33,575 bases of DNA. It comes from an uncultured bacterium (GTDB lineage Bacteria; Patescibacteriota; Minisyncoccia; Phycocordibacterales; UBA5272). This document shows, piece by piece, positions 16,921 through 24,614 of the stretch. Below the pieces are notes generated by a model. The model saw nothing but the letters and a program-made list of their open reading frames with translations. It did not search any database and was not told the DNA's origin. The stretch covers positions 1-33,575 of the forward strand of contig CAILKS010000071.1 in assembly GCA_903834855.1 (NCBI GenBank), written 5' to 3'. The translations under genes and the position numbers were made by a program. The number at the start of each line of letters is the position of its first letter. The first letter of the stretch is position 1.

Positions 16921-17214
16921 TTAATAAAAAGGTAATACCTTTACATCAGTATTTCTATCTACCAAAGTGAAAGTTGCCCACTCTAAGTCATATTTCTTAC
17001 CACAGCTCATGACTGGGTGTGCTGCATATTTCTCATTTAAGTATTTCTTAAGAAAAATGCGCCAAGTCTCTTCAGTCGAACCAGACGGAACCTCCAAAAG
17101 GAGTATGTCACGAATTTCTGCCCCAACTTGAACACCTTCTTCAATACAGTCAAAATTAATACTGACACGAACTGCTAAATAGCTTTTCATTTCAGATTGA
17201 TTGATGTTATTCAT
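16921..17214 (-). CDS. hypothetical protein (97 aa)
   Basis: The ATG at 17214 is preceded by GAGGAG (17220-17225) with a 5-nt spacer. This is the only clear Shine-Dalgarno sequence in the window. The ORF-track start at 17250 is GTG. Confidence 0.55.
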   Translation of the reverse strand: MNNINQSEMKSYLAVRVSINFDCIEEGVQVGAEIRDILLLEVPSGSTEETWRIFLKKYLNEKYAAHPVMSCGKKYDLEWATFTLVDRNTDVKVLPFY

Positions 17215-17280
17215 TTTTTCTCCTCTTCCACGACCTACGTGAATCTGCACAATACTCTACTATTTAATGAAAAAGAATGC

Positions 17281-17312
17281 AAAAAGAAAAACAGATACTT
17301 ACATATCTGTTT
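17281..17312 (-). terminator. intrinsic terminator after the 17359..17814 gene
   Basis: Hairpin ACAGAUA-UGUAAG-UAUCUGU followed by UUUUUCUUUUU on the minus strand. Confidence 0.7.
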
Positions 17313-17358
17313 TTCTTTATTATAAGAAGCTTTAAAAATATATTATTTCTGTCTTTAT

Positions 17359-17814
17359 TTACCAGCCCATCATTCCAAATCCACGTCCACCACGTTTTCC
17401 TTCACCTGTGCCCCCTTTGGCAGTTTTTGTGCTCAATGTAGCAAGTCTCTGGTCAGCCTGTACTTGAGTTATTACGCCTTTAGTTACAAGTGTAGATAGC
17501 ATTGTTTTCTGATTTGTAAGTCTGGTTGCATCCATTTTCTGTTTTACAGTATCAAGTGAAATTCCTTTTTCTTTTGCAAGAGTTTTAAGATCTTTACCTG
17601 ATGCCCATGCAGTTTTCACTTCATCAACACTTAATCCAAGCATTGTGGCATGATTCTGAAACATTGTTGTTTGTTGTACAGCTATTTCGTCTGGTGTTGC
17701 TGTTGAATTAAAATTCATATGTCCGAAAGACATTGCAGAAGCAGAAGAGATAGTTAATAGCGCTAGTCCAATACTAGGAATAAGCGCGTTTTTTAGAATA
17801 GTTTTTTTTGTCAT
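17359..17814 (-). CDS. secreted hypothetical protein with a Gly/Arg-rich C-terminus
   Basis: Signal peptide (ALLTISSASAMS) and the C-terminus GGTGEGKRGGRGFGMMGW. It is the last gene of the sigma-factor module. Confidence 0.6.
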   Translation of the reverse strand: MTKKTILKNALIPSIGLALLTISSASAMSFGHMNFNSTATPDEIAVQQTTMFQNHATMLGLSVDEVKTAWASGKDLKTLAKEKGISLDTVKQKMDATRLTNQKTMLSTLVTKGVITQVQADQRLATLSTKTAKGGTGEGKRGGRGFGMMGW

Positions 17815-17937
17815 TGTGTAAAATTAAATTATATTTGATGAAGAAAAAGACGCGCTATTTTTTTCCCCATCACTTATTACTACAACACCTGCTTTTAATT
17901 TATTTCATTTTTCTATTGTGAACATTTATTTTCACAA

Positions 17938-18675
17938 TTATCTACTCATCATTCTCCCATGTCTTTTCTCCATATATTCTCCAAATGGAAAGTTATCCGC
18001 ATCACGAATTTTAATCGCTTCAAATTTATCATCAACCATATGACCTAAAACAACAACGTCTTCCTCTATATCCGGTAAATTATTATCTTTTATACTTGTA
18101 CTTGCGTAAACAATTTGAGTTGTCTCATCAAATAATTTTATTGTAACTTCATCTGTTGTTGTAGAGACTATTGTCCCTCGTAAAACTGTCATACTTCCAA
18201 TCTCTTTAATTGGTAGCGGCCTATCATATTCACGGGAAATAAAATCAACACTATGCATACGAGCATAATTTCTTAACTGAGAGTGTATTGGTGTTAAGGT
18301 TAATAAAGAACTAAACACAATAGCTGATAAAGTAAGAGTAAGTAGTGTGGTTATTACTGGCTTTCTAAAAGAGAAGGCGTACTTATGTACTAAGATTTCT
18401 ACAATAACAATGAGGACTACAGTTAATATAAATAAAACAAATGGTACAGCACGTATACCATGCATAATTCCACCTAGTCCAAATAATGGTAAATATATAA
18501 ATCCATATTTAGAAAGTATAAATATAATCATACTTCCAAAAAAAGTTAATACAACAAAAGCAAGCACTGTAAGGGTCATACCTAAAAGAGAATACAAAAT
18601 AAACTTCCATCTTGGAATCATACTTATTTTATTTTTTTCTACGAATTGTAGAATATTTGTTTTTATATCTGTCAT
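17938..18675 (-). CDS. polytopic membrane protein, candidate anti-sigma partner by position only
   Basis: Four or five hydrophobic segments followed by a soluble C-terminal domain. Its start lies 4 nt after the sigma-factor stop. Confidence 0.55.
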   Translation of the reverse strand: MTDIKTNILQFVEKNKISMIPRWKFILYSLLGMTLTVLAFVVLTFFGSMIIFILSKYGFIYLPLFGLGGIMHGIRAVPFVLFILTVVLIVIVEILVHKYAFSFRKPVITTLLTLTLSAIVFSSLLTLTPIHSQLRNYARMHSVDFISREYDRPLPIKEIGSMTVLRGTIVSTTTDEVTIKLFDETTQIVYASTSIKDNNLPDIEEDVVVLGHMVDDKFEAIKIRDADNFPFGEYMEKRHGRMMSR

Positions 18676-18679
18676 GTTT

Positions 18680-19237
18680 TTATATGTGATCTTCTTTCTT
18701 TATATGTTTCTCTAATTGCTCACGTCCACGGCGCAGTCTTACGCCGACAGTTGCAATAGGAATATGTAACACGTCAGCGATTTCTTGATAAGAAAGTTCT
18801 TCATAATAATAAAGCACAAGTACTTCTTTATATTTAAGCGGAATTAAAGATAAAGAAGAAGTCATTAAATCTTCTAACTCTTTATCAAGAGTCCCCTTGT
18901 CAGCTGTTTCTTTTGCAAAAGGATGAGGAAATACAGTATCGAAATCTAAAAATGAAACTTTTTCATTACCTCGTTTTTTTAAATAGGTAACTGTCTCATT
19001 GTGAGCAATGCGATAAATCCAAGAATTAAAAGTTCTATCCACATCAAAACTTTGCAAATTGACGAAAACTTTTATAAAAACATTTTGTACTATATCAGTT
19101 ATATCTTCTTCATTTTGAAGAAAGCGCTTTATATAGCGGGTAAGTTTTGCTTCGTATTTATCTATCAAAACGCCAAAGAGCTCTTTGTCTCCTTTACGTA
19201 TAAGTAAAACTATTTGTTCATCTGACTGAGTATCCAT
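18680..19237 (-). CDS. RNA polymerase sigma factor, sigma-70 family (ECF-like size)
   Basis: Region 2 (FNSWIYRIAHNETVTYLKKR) and a region 4 helix-turn-helix (LSYQEIADVLHIPIATVGVRLRRGREQL). The length is 185 aa. Confidence 0.85.
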   Translation of the reverse strand: MDTQSDEQIVLLIRKGDKELFGVLIDKYEAKLTRYIKRFLQNEEDITDIVQNVFIKVFVNLQSFDVDRTFNSWIYRIAHNETVTYLKKRGNEKVSFLDFDTVFPHPFAKETADKGTLDKELEDLMTSSLSLIPLKYKEVLVLYYYEELSYQEIADVLHIPIATVGVRLRRGREQLEKHIKKEDHI

Positions 19238-19243
19238 AAGAAG

Positions 19244-19251
19244 AGTATACA
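19244..19251 (-). promoter_or_regulatory. -10 box TGTATACT, 6 nt upstream of the sigma-factor ATG
   Basis: The minus strand reads aacTGTATACTcttcttATG. Confidence 0.5.
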
Positions 19252-19311
19252 GTTAATACATAAAGATTGGGGAATATATTTCATAAATGCCTTATAGCTT
19301 AAAAATTAGGC

Positions 19312-19385
19312 AAAAAAAAGAGGCCCCAAACTCGAGTGGGGCCCCAAACCAACTAGATAGGCAACTGCAAAAAGCAGCGTTGGTC
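19312..19385 (-). ncRNA. candidate small RNA A (~74 nt), with its own promoter and terminator
   Basis: Promoter TTGACA (19415-19420)-N18-TGcTACAAT (19391-19399). Terminator GGCCCCA-CUCGAGUU-UGGGGCC followed by U8. The body has a CCAAC...GUUGG helix enclosing a small hairpin. Confidence 0.55.
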
Positions 19386-19442
19386 TGTATATTGTAGCAT
19401 AAAATAGTCTCTTTTGTCAAGAGCCTTAACTGATTAATTAAG

Positions 19443-19529
19443 CAAAAAGATGGCCCCACCTTGCAATGGGGGGCCAAATCCAACTATTCGGAAACTGGGG
19501 GAGGACCAGTCCGAAGATGTCAGTTGGAA
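19443..19529 (-). ncRNA. candidate small RNA B (~87 nt), a paralogue of A
   Basis: Promoter TTGACA (19559-19564)-N18-TGcTATAAA (19535-19543). Terminator UGGCCCC...GGGGCCA followed by UCUUUUU. The body has a CCAACU...AGUUGG helix enclosing the hairpin UUCGGACUGG-UCCUCCC-CCAGUUUCCGAA. Confidence 0.55.
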
Positions 19530-19660
19530 TACATTTTATAGCACGAAATACAATTATTTGTCAAGTATAAAAAAGAGAAGTCCATAAAGTTGAAAGTCCA
19601 TAAAGTCTATAAAGTAAATACATTCACCTAAATTATTATGTGATTTTAGATTTTGAATTT

Positions 19661-19788
19661 GTTTAAGATTTAAAATTGCTTTAGATACGCGAAGCCTAGG
19701 TATTTTTCTAGGAGACGTACTTAATAGTACGTTGACGAAGAAGAATTCCGTAGCGACAAAGTAGATGAAGTAATTTTAAATCTTAAAC
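19661..19788 (-). repeat. stop-codon-embracing stem-loop element, copy B (3' end of ychF)
   Basis: Perfect 17-bp inverted repeat gtttaagatttaaaatt (19661-19677) / aattttaaatcttaaac (19772-19788, containing the ychF stop at 19776-19778). Its conserved interior blocks are shared with copy A. Confidence 0.65.
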
Positions 19789-20873
19789 TCAATCACGTCG
19801 CCATCTTGGACAATATATTCCTTCCCTTCAGTCCTTAAAACTCCTTTTGACTTTGCTTCCGCAAAACTTCCACACTTAACTAAGTCTTCATAAGAAACTA
19901 CTTCCGCACGAATAAACTTCGTTTCAAAATCAGAGTGAATAGCTGCCGCAGCTACTGGTGCAGTAGATCCTTTTTTAATAGTCCAAGCACGCGTCTCCAT
20001 TTCCCCTGTTGTTAAATATGATTCAAGTAAAAGCAAATCGTAACCTGACTTTATAAGACTATCAACGCCACTATCGTGGGCGCCGAGTTCATTTCGCATT
20101 TCATCAAGTTCAGCACCTTCAAAATCTTTTAATTCATCTTCAATCTTTGCATCCACTACTACATATTTAAAATTATTATCATTAAAATATTTAATTAGAC
20201 TTTGAAAACGATCATCATTCATCTCATCCAAATTTTTACCACCGGATTGTTTATTCAAAACATAAAGAAAAGGTTTCATTGTAATCAAGTGAAGATCACG
20301 AATAAGTTTTAATTCTTCGTGATCAAACTTTAAAGTATTAGCAAGCTTTCCTTCATCAAAAGTTTTTTTGAAAATATCTAATATACCTTGAAATTTTATC
20401 GCATCTTTGTCCCCACGTTTTACATCTTTCCCAATTGTTTGACTACGCTTATCAACTGTCTGCATATCAGCCAAAATTAATTCCATATTTATAATTTCAA
20501 TATCACGAAGTGGGTCAACTGTACCTTCCACGTGTATGAGTTCACCATTTTCATAAATACGTACTACCTCAGCAATAGCATCAGTCTCACGAATATGTGC
20601 AAGGAAAGCATTTCCAAGTCCTTCACCAGCAGATGCTCCTTTTACAAGACCAGCGATGTCTACGAATTCAACAATGGCCGGAACTAATTTTTTTGAACCA
20701 GAAATTTTAGAAAGCACTTCTAGTCTTGGATCAGGTACAGGAACAATTCCCACTGCTGGATCAATAGTACAAAATGGATAATTCTCTGCCGGAACTGATT
20801 TTTTTGTAAGTGCATTAAAAAGCGTTGATTTTCCAACGTTTGGTAGCCCAACAATTCCGATAGATAATGACAT
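19776..20873 (-). CDS. ychF: ribosome-binding ATPase YchF
   Basis: P-loop [18 protein letters not shown] and the conserved C-terminal domain ending [16 protein letters not shown]. Confidence 0.93.
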   Translation of the reverse strand: MSLSIGIVGLPNVGKSTLFNALTKKSVPAENYPFCTIDPAVGIVPVPDPRLEVLSKISGSKKLVPAIVEFVDIAGLVKGASAGEGLGNAFLAHIRETDAIAEVVRIYENGELIHVEGTVDPLRDIEIINMELILADMQTVDKRSQTIGKDVKRGDKDAIKFQGILDIFKKTFDEGKLANTLKFDHEELKLIRDLHLITMKPFLYVLNKQSGGKNLDEMNDDRFQSLIKYFNDNNFKYVVVDAKIEDELKDFEGAELDEMRNELGAHDSGVDSLIKSGYDLLLLESYLTTGEMETRAWTIKKGSTAPVAAAAIHSDFETKFIRAEVVSYEDLVKCGSFAEAKSKGVLRTEGKEYIVQDGDVIEFKI

Positions 20874-20989
20874 GGTAATAGTTTAAAGGTAAGAGTTAAG
20901 AGGAAAGAGAAAATACAAGAAAAAATACTTTCAAAAACCAATTGCTTAATATTCTAACACAAAAAACTAATTACAGTGATTTAATAATT

Positions 20990-21556
20990 TTAAGACAGGA
21001 GTTCATCGATGAGTTCACTTACTCCTACTCCGTTTTTTGAGGAAATTTGGAATAGTGGAATATTACCAGTTATTGTTTCTATTTCTTTTAATTTTTTGTG
21101 AAAGTCTTTTTGAGTTATTTTATCTACTTTACTCAAAACAATAATAATATTTTTATTGTGACTCTTTAGATCTTCGAACATAAGTATATCTTTGTCTGTC
21201 ATACCGACATTTATATCAAAAATAAGTACAACTTTTTTCTGTGTATAAACATTATTAAATAAATAAGTACTGATAAGACTGGCAAGTTTATCCTTCATTG
21301 CAAATGAAACTTTTGCATAACCATATCCTGGTAAGTCTACAAAATAAAAAGAATCATTAATTAAGAAAAAATTAATTTCGGCTGTTCTTCCTGGCGTAGA
21401 ACTGGTACGAGAAACCGCGCTCTTAGTTAGAGCATTAATAAGACTAGACTTACCTACATTCGATCGTCCAATAAAAGCAATCTGAGGAATGCCGTCATCC
21501 ATGATTGGATCATTACTAACTAGTCCTTTTATAAACTTTGCAGAAGTTATATTCAT
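20990..21556 (-). CDS. engB: ribosome biogenesis GTP-binding protein YsxC/EngB
   Basis: G1 motif GRSNVGKSSLINALT, G3 motif DLPGYGYA, G4 motif SKVDK. Confidence 0.9.
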   Translation of the reverse strand: MNITSAKFIKGLVSNDPIMDDGIPQIAFIGRSNVGKSSLINALTKSAVSRTSSTPGRTAEINFFLINDSFYFVDLPGYGYAKVSFAMKDKLASLISTYLFNNVYTQKKVVLIFDINVGMTDKDILMFEDLKSHNKNIIIVLSKVDKITQKDFHKKLKEIETITGNIPLFQISSKNGVGVSELIDELLS

Positions 21557-21613
21557 TCTATTACACTAACAAATAAATGATGATATTGCGATGTTTATCA
21601 AAAAAATTATAAT

Positions 21614-22135
21614 TTAATTAGTATTCTCGCTCCAAGTGGTAGTAGCAATTGACCCATAACCTGTTGTATCTAAAATAACACTTACATTTATGGTTCTGGT
21701 ACTTGCTGACATTTGACCTTTAGAAATTATAATTTTTGGATCACCAACTGTACCGACCCCAGCACTGACTGAAACTTTTGCACAACCCTCTAAGGCCACC
21801 CCACAACCATTTGTAACAAACGGTATTGAATAGCAATCAGCTGAAGAGCATACATAATTTTTATTGCGTGCAATTTTTACAAGTGCATCGCGCGCGCCCG
21901 CCTCAGCATAAAAAATAGCCTTTGATGACTGTGCTGTGCCTTGTGAAATAAATGATTCTGAAAAAGATACAGTGGCAATAGATACAGAGATAGCTAATAT
22001 AACTATTCCAAGAACAATTACAGTTGGCAATGAGGCAATGCCGCGGGGAGAACAATTAACAATTGACATTTGACTTTTGACTTTTGACACAAAAAATTTG
22101 ATACGTAAAAAATGATAAACAACTTTAGATTTCAT
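21614..22135 (-). CDS. PilX/GspK-like minor pseudopilin (no Glu at +5)
   Basis: SPRG-IASLPTVIVLGIVILAISVSIA followed by KAIFYAEAGARDAL. The first 22 codons are repeat-cassette DNA, and the internal ATG at 22069 (MSIVNCSPRG) is a plausible true start. Confidence 0.6.
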   Translation of the reverse strand: MKSKVVYHFLRIKFFVSKVKSQMSIVNCSPRGIASLPTVIVLGIVILAISVSIATVSFSESFISQGTAQSSKAIFYAEAGARDALVKIARNKNYVCSSADCYSIPFVTNGCGVALEGCAKVSVSAGVGTVGDPKIIISKGQMSASTRTINVSVILDTTGYGSIATTTWSENTN

Positions 22136-22261
22136 ATTTTTATTATACAGTGTATTTAGTATTTAGTACTTCGTCAATTGTCAAATGTTAAACGTCACTT
22201 GTTTTAATTCACTTGTTTTAATGGTTAATTGTCAAAAGTTATAGGTCACATGTCTGTTTCA
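22136..22261 (-). promoter_or_regulatory. pilus promoter/leader cassette, copy 1
   Basis: The minus strand reads ...caattgacgaagtactaaatactaaatacacTGTATAATaaaaatATG. The -10 box is at 22142-22147. Confidence 0.55.
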
Positions 22262-22822
22262 TTATCTTAATGAAACAGTGGTACGAAGTGTATCAGAATA
22301 TACCCAATCAGTACTCGAGGCATTATATCTGAGTGTCATTAAAATTTGAACAGCAGTGGTTGTGGCTAATGTAATACTGTTATAATTTTCCTGTCGTGTA
22401 AATAATAAAGAAGTTACTGCAATATTTCCACTAGTTACTGCAATTGGAGCGGCAGCACCCTCTTTTCTGCGTAACTGACCAGCAAGTATGTCATATATAA
22501 TAACAGTACCTCCTACAGTCAAATTTAACGTAGTGGAAGCCGTCCCCATTATAGGAGTTGTTACAACCGTCGCATTCTTAATATCTTGACGGAAAAGCTC
22601 AGTTGAAAAACGAATCGCAGAATTAACATCGGCTCTGGCCTGTGACTGACCCTGCCCTTTTGATAAAGAAATAAATGAATTAGCAGTAATGACCATTAGT
22701 CCTGAGAGTATCGCTATATAAATAATTAATTCCAAAAGACTAAAGCCTCGAACTTTTGAACATTTAACATTGCTTCGCAAACATTTGACATTTGACAAAT
22801 TACAAACGACTTTAGATTTCAT
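22262..22822 (-). CDS. minor type IV pilin / pseudopilin (PilW/GspJ-like)
   Basis: Prepilin motif KVRG-FSLLELIIYIAILSGLMV. The 26-codon leader MKSKVVCNLSNVKCLRSNVKCSKVRG is encoded by cassette DNA. An alternative in-frame TTG lies at 22780. Confidence 0.75.
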   Translation of the reverse strand: MKSKVVCNLSNVKCLRSNVKCSKVRGFSLLELIIYIAILSGLMVITANSFISLSKGQGQSQARADVNSAIRFSTELFRQDIKNATVVTTPIMGTASTTLNLTVGGTVIIYDILAGQLRRKEGAAAPIAVTSGNIAVTSLLFTRQENYNSITLATTTAVQILMTLRYNASSTDWVYSDTLRTTVSLR

Positions 22823-22930
22823 AATTTTATTATACAGTGTATTTAGTATTTAGTACTTCGTCAATTGTCAAATGTTAAATGTCACTTGTTTTAATTCATT
22901 TGTTTTAGTGGTCAATTGTTAGCGAAGCGA
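22823..22930 (-). promoter_or_regulatory. pilus promoter/leader cassette, copy 2
   Basis: It has the same ~60-nt block as copy 1. The -10 TATAAT is at 22829-22834, 6 nt from the ATG at 22822. Confidence 0.55.
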
Positions 22931-24133
22931 TTATGGTGCCCAATTCACTATAACATCATCAACTATCGGACTTGCTAGACCACTAGTTGAACAATCAGCT
23001 GTACAAATACGTATTCTATAACGGAAATATCTTTTATTATTATGATTAGCTGGTGAACAACTTATTTCAACTGGAGTATCTACCGCTGTTGTATCATAAT
23101 AACTAACTGAGTCACACGCTGCTCCACCAATAAAACTCCACGCCCCCGACACACATGTCGGATAATCTGTCTGCCCATTTGGACAATCACTTGTAGCTAA
23201 TTGGAATTGAACTTTACCTAAACTTCCATTTTGATTACCTTTCCACATAATAGAATTGTATCCTGGGCCTTGTAATGCGCCAGCCGTTGCATATGTATCA
23301 AAAACAGCAGAATCAAGAGTCCCTGTTGCAGGTAAACCACTTGCCAGAGTTACTTGTGCATAATTAGTATATAAAAAATTAGTTATTGATCCGTTATTAG
23401 TCAATCTAAAACAATATTGCCCAACTGCAGTTGTTGTCGCCATGACTGCATATTCAATTTCAGTAAAACTTCCAGCTGGGAGAGTTATAGCACTCGTTGT
23501 GTTCCCTGTGGTTTTTACTTGTCCCGCCACGAAAGTAATACCATTATCAGTAAGACCACCGGCGACATTTGTAGTTGCGCTACCATCAGTTAAATTTGCA
23601 GTTGTAACTATTTTCCATTTTTGGCCGTCAACAATTGGCACAGCAGAATATGTACCAGAAGAACAGGTTGTTGTGCTTGCAACTTCAAGAGTAAATTGAT
23701 TTGAACCTGAACGTGTCCAAGAATTATTTGAAATTTCAAAACGTATTCTTTTTAATGTGTTTGTTGGAAAGCTAATATAAGCTCCGTCTTCGTTTACTGG
23801 AAATGTGGCTGTAGCTTCTGTACCATCATCTGCTCGCCATCTATAATGTATTTGCTCATATACGGGTGTAAAAACTCCAGCAAACCAATACAAAATACCA
23901 GAATAAATTTTCTTAGTTGCAGCTGAAAGACCAATACCCGTCTGTCCACCTGCTCCGATATTTTTAAAGGTTAGAGAGGAGGCACTTCCGGAAATACTAC
24001 CGATATTTCCACCGTGTAATTCAAAAGAAGTTGATGTCGCTTCAAAAGCGAAAACATTATTTGTTGTACTGAATAAAATTACAAAAATTATACAGATTGA
24101 AATGAAATTTGTATTAATTTTTGTTTTTATCAT
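22931..24133 (-). CDS. secreted Thr/Ser-rich protein, candidate pilus-associated surface protein
   Basis: Signal peptide ending VFA-FEA. It contains an HYRWRADDGTEATA motif and a Cys-rich C-terminal part. It is embedded among minor pilin genes. Confidence 0.65.
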   Translation of the reverse strand: MIKTKINTNFISICIIFVILFSTTNNVFAFEATSTSFELHGGNIGSISGSASSLTFKNIGAGGQTGIGLSAATKKIYSGILYWFAGVFTPVYEQIHYRWRADDGTEATATFPVNEDGAYISFPTNTLKRIRFEISNNSWTRSGSNQFTLEVASTTTCSSGTYSAVPIVDGQKWKIVTTANLTDGSATTNVAGGLTDNGITFVAGQVKTTGNTTSAITLPAGSFTEIEYAVMATTTAVGQYCFRLTNNGSITNFLYTNYAQVTLASGLPATGTLDSAVFDTYATAGALQGPGYNSIMWKGNQNGSLGKVQFQLATSDCPNGQTDYPTCVSGAWSFIGGAACDSVSYYDTTAVDTPVEISCSPANHNNKRYFRYRIRICTADCSTSGLASPIVDDVIVNWAP

Positions 24134-24171
24134 ATTAAATTATAAAGTCACAAAACACTTTCAAATGAAAT

Positions 24172-24597
24172 TTATTTAGCACTTTCTAAAAGCTTCATAA
24201 CCTCAGATGAGGCGGTGAGCTTTTCCCAATAAACAACAGAATTAAGATTTATCGTCATAGCATTATCTGTGGTGATGATTTTATCTGTTCCCTTTTTAAC
24301 TAATTTATATGTTTGTTTAGGCTCTCCTCTTAAAGCAAAACTTTCACTTGCAGAAACTTCTGACGGTTCTTGAAATGACTGCAATGTATAAACATCTGTT
24401 AAATGAATCGTACCACCTTCTATTTCAGAAATATGTCCAAAATATATCTGATTACTATTTAAATATACCGCTTGCCATGGTTTTTTTATATTAGTAGAAA
24501 TAACTATGCGGTCTTTTAATACAAATAAATAAACAGCCGCTCCGATAGCTATCAGTAATAATAGGATTATGATTTTAAAGAATGTTTTTCTGCGCAT
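24172..24597 (-). CDS. small bitopic membrane protein (141 aa)
   Basis: Single N-terminal TM segment (FFKIIILLLLIAIGAAVYLFVL). Confidence 0.6.
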   Translation of the reverse strand: MRRKTFFKIIILLLLIAIGAAVYLFVLKDRIVISTNIKKPWQAVYLNSNQIYFGHISEIEGGTIHLTDVYTLQSFQEPSEVSASESFALRGEPKQTYKLVKKGTDKIITTDNAMTINLNSVVYWEKLTASSEVMKLLESAK

Positions 24598-24614
24598 ATA
24601 TTTTAGTTAATTAC

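Noticed and set aside
17915-17937. The palindrome TTGTGAA-N8-TTCACAA just after the membrane-protein stop, and a CGTCT motif further on, considered as an ECF-type promoter or operator for the 17359..17814 gene.
   Set aside because: No GAAC-type -35 sits at the right distance from CGTCT. The palindrome has no U-tract and no second copy, so the evidence is too thin to call.
19292-19483. 63-aa minus-strand ORF in the sigma-factor upstream region.
   Set aside because: It spans two promoter-terminator units (the candidate small RNAs), runs through both GC terminator hairpins, and has no start signal. The non-coding reading explains the sequence better.
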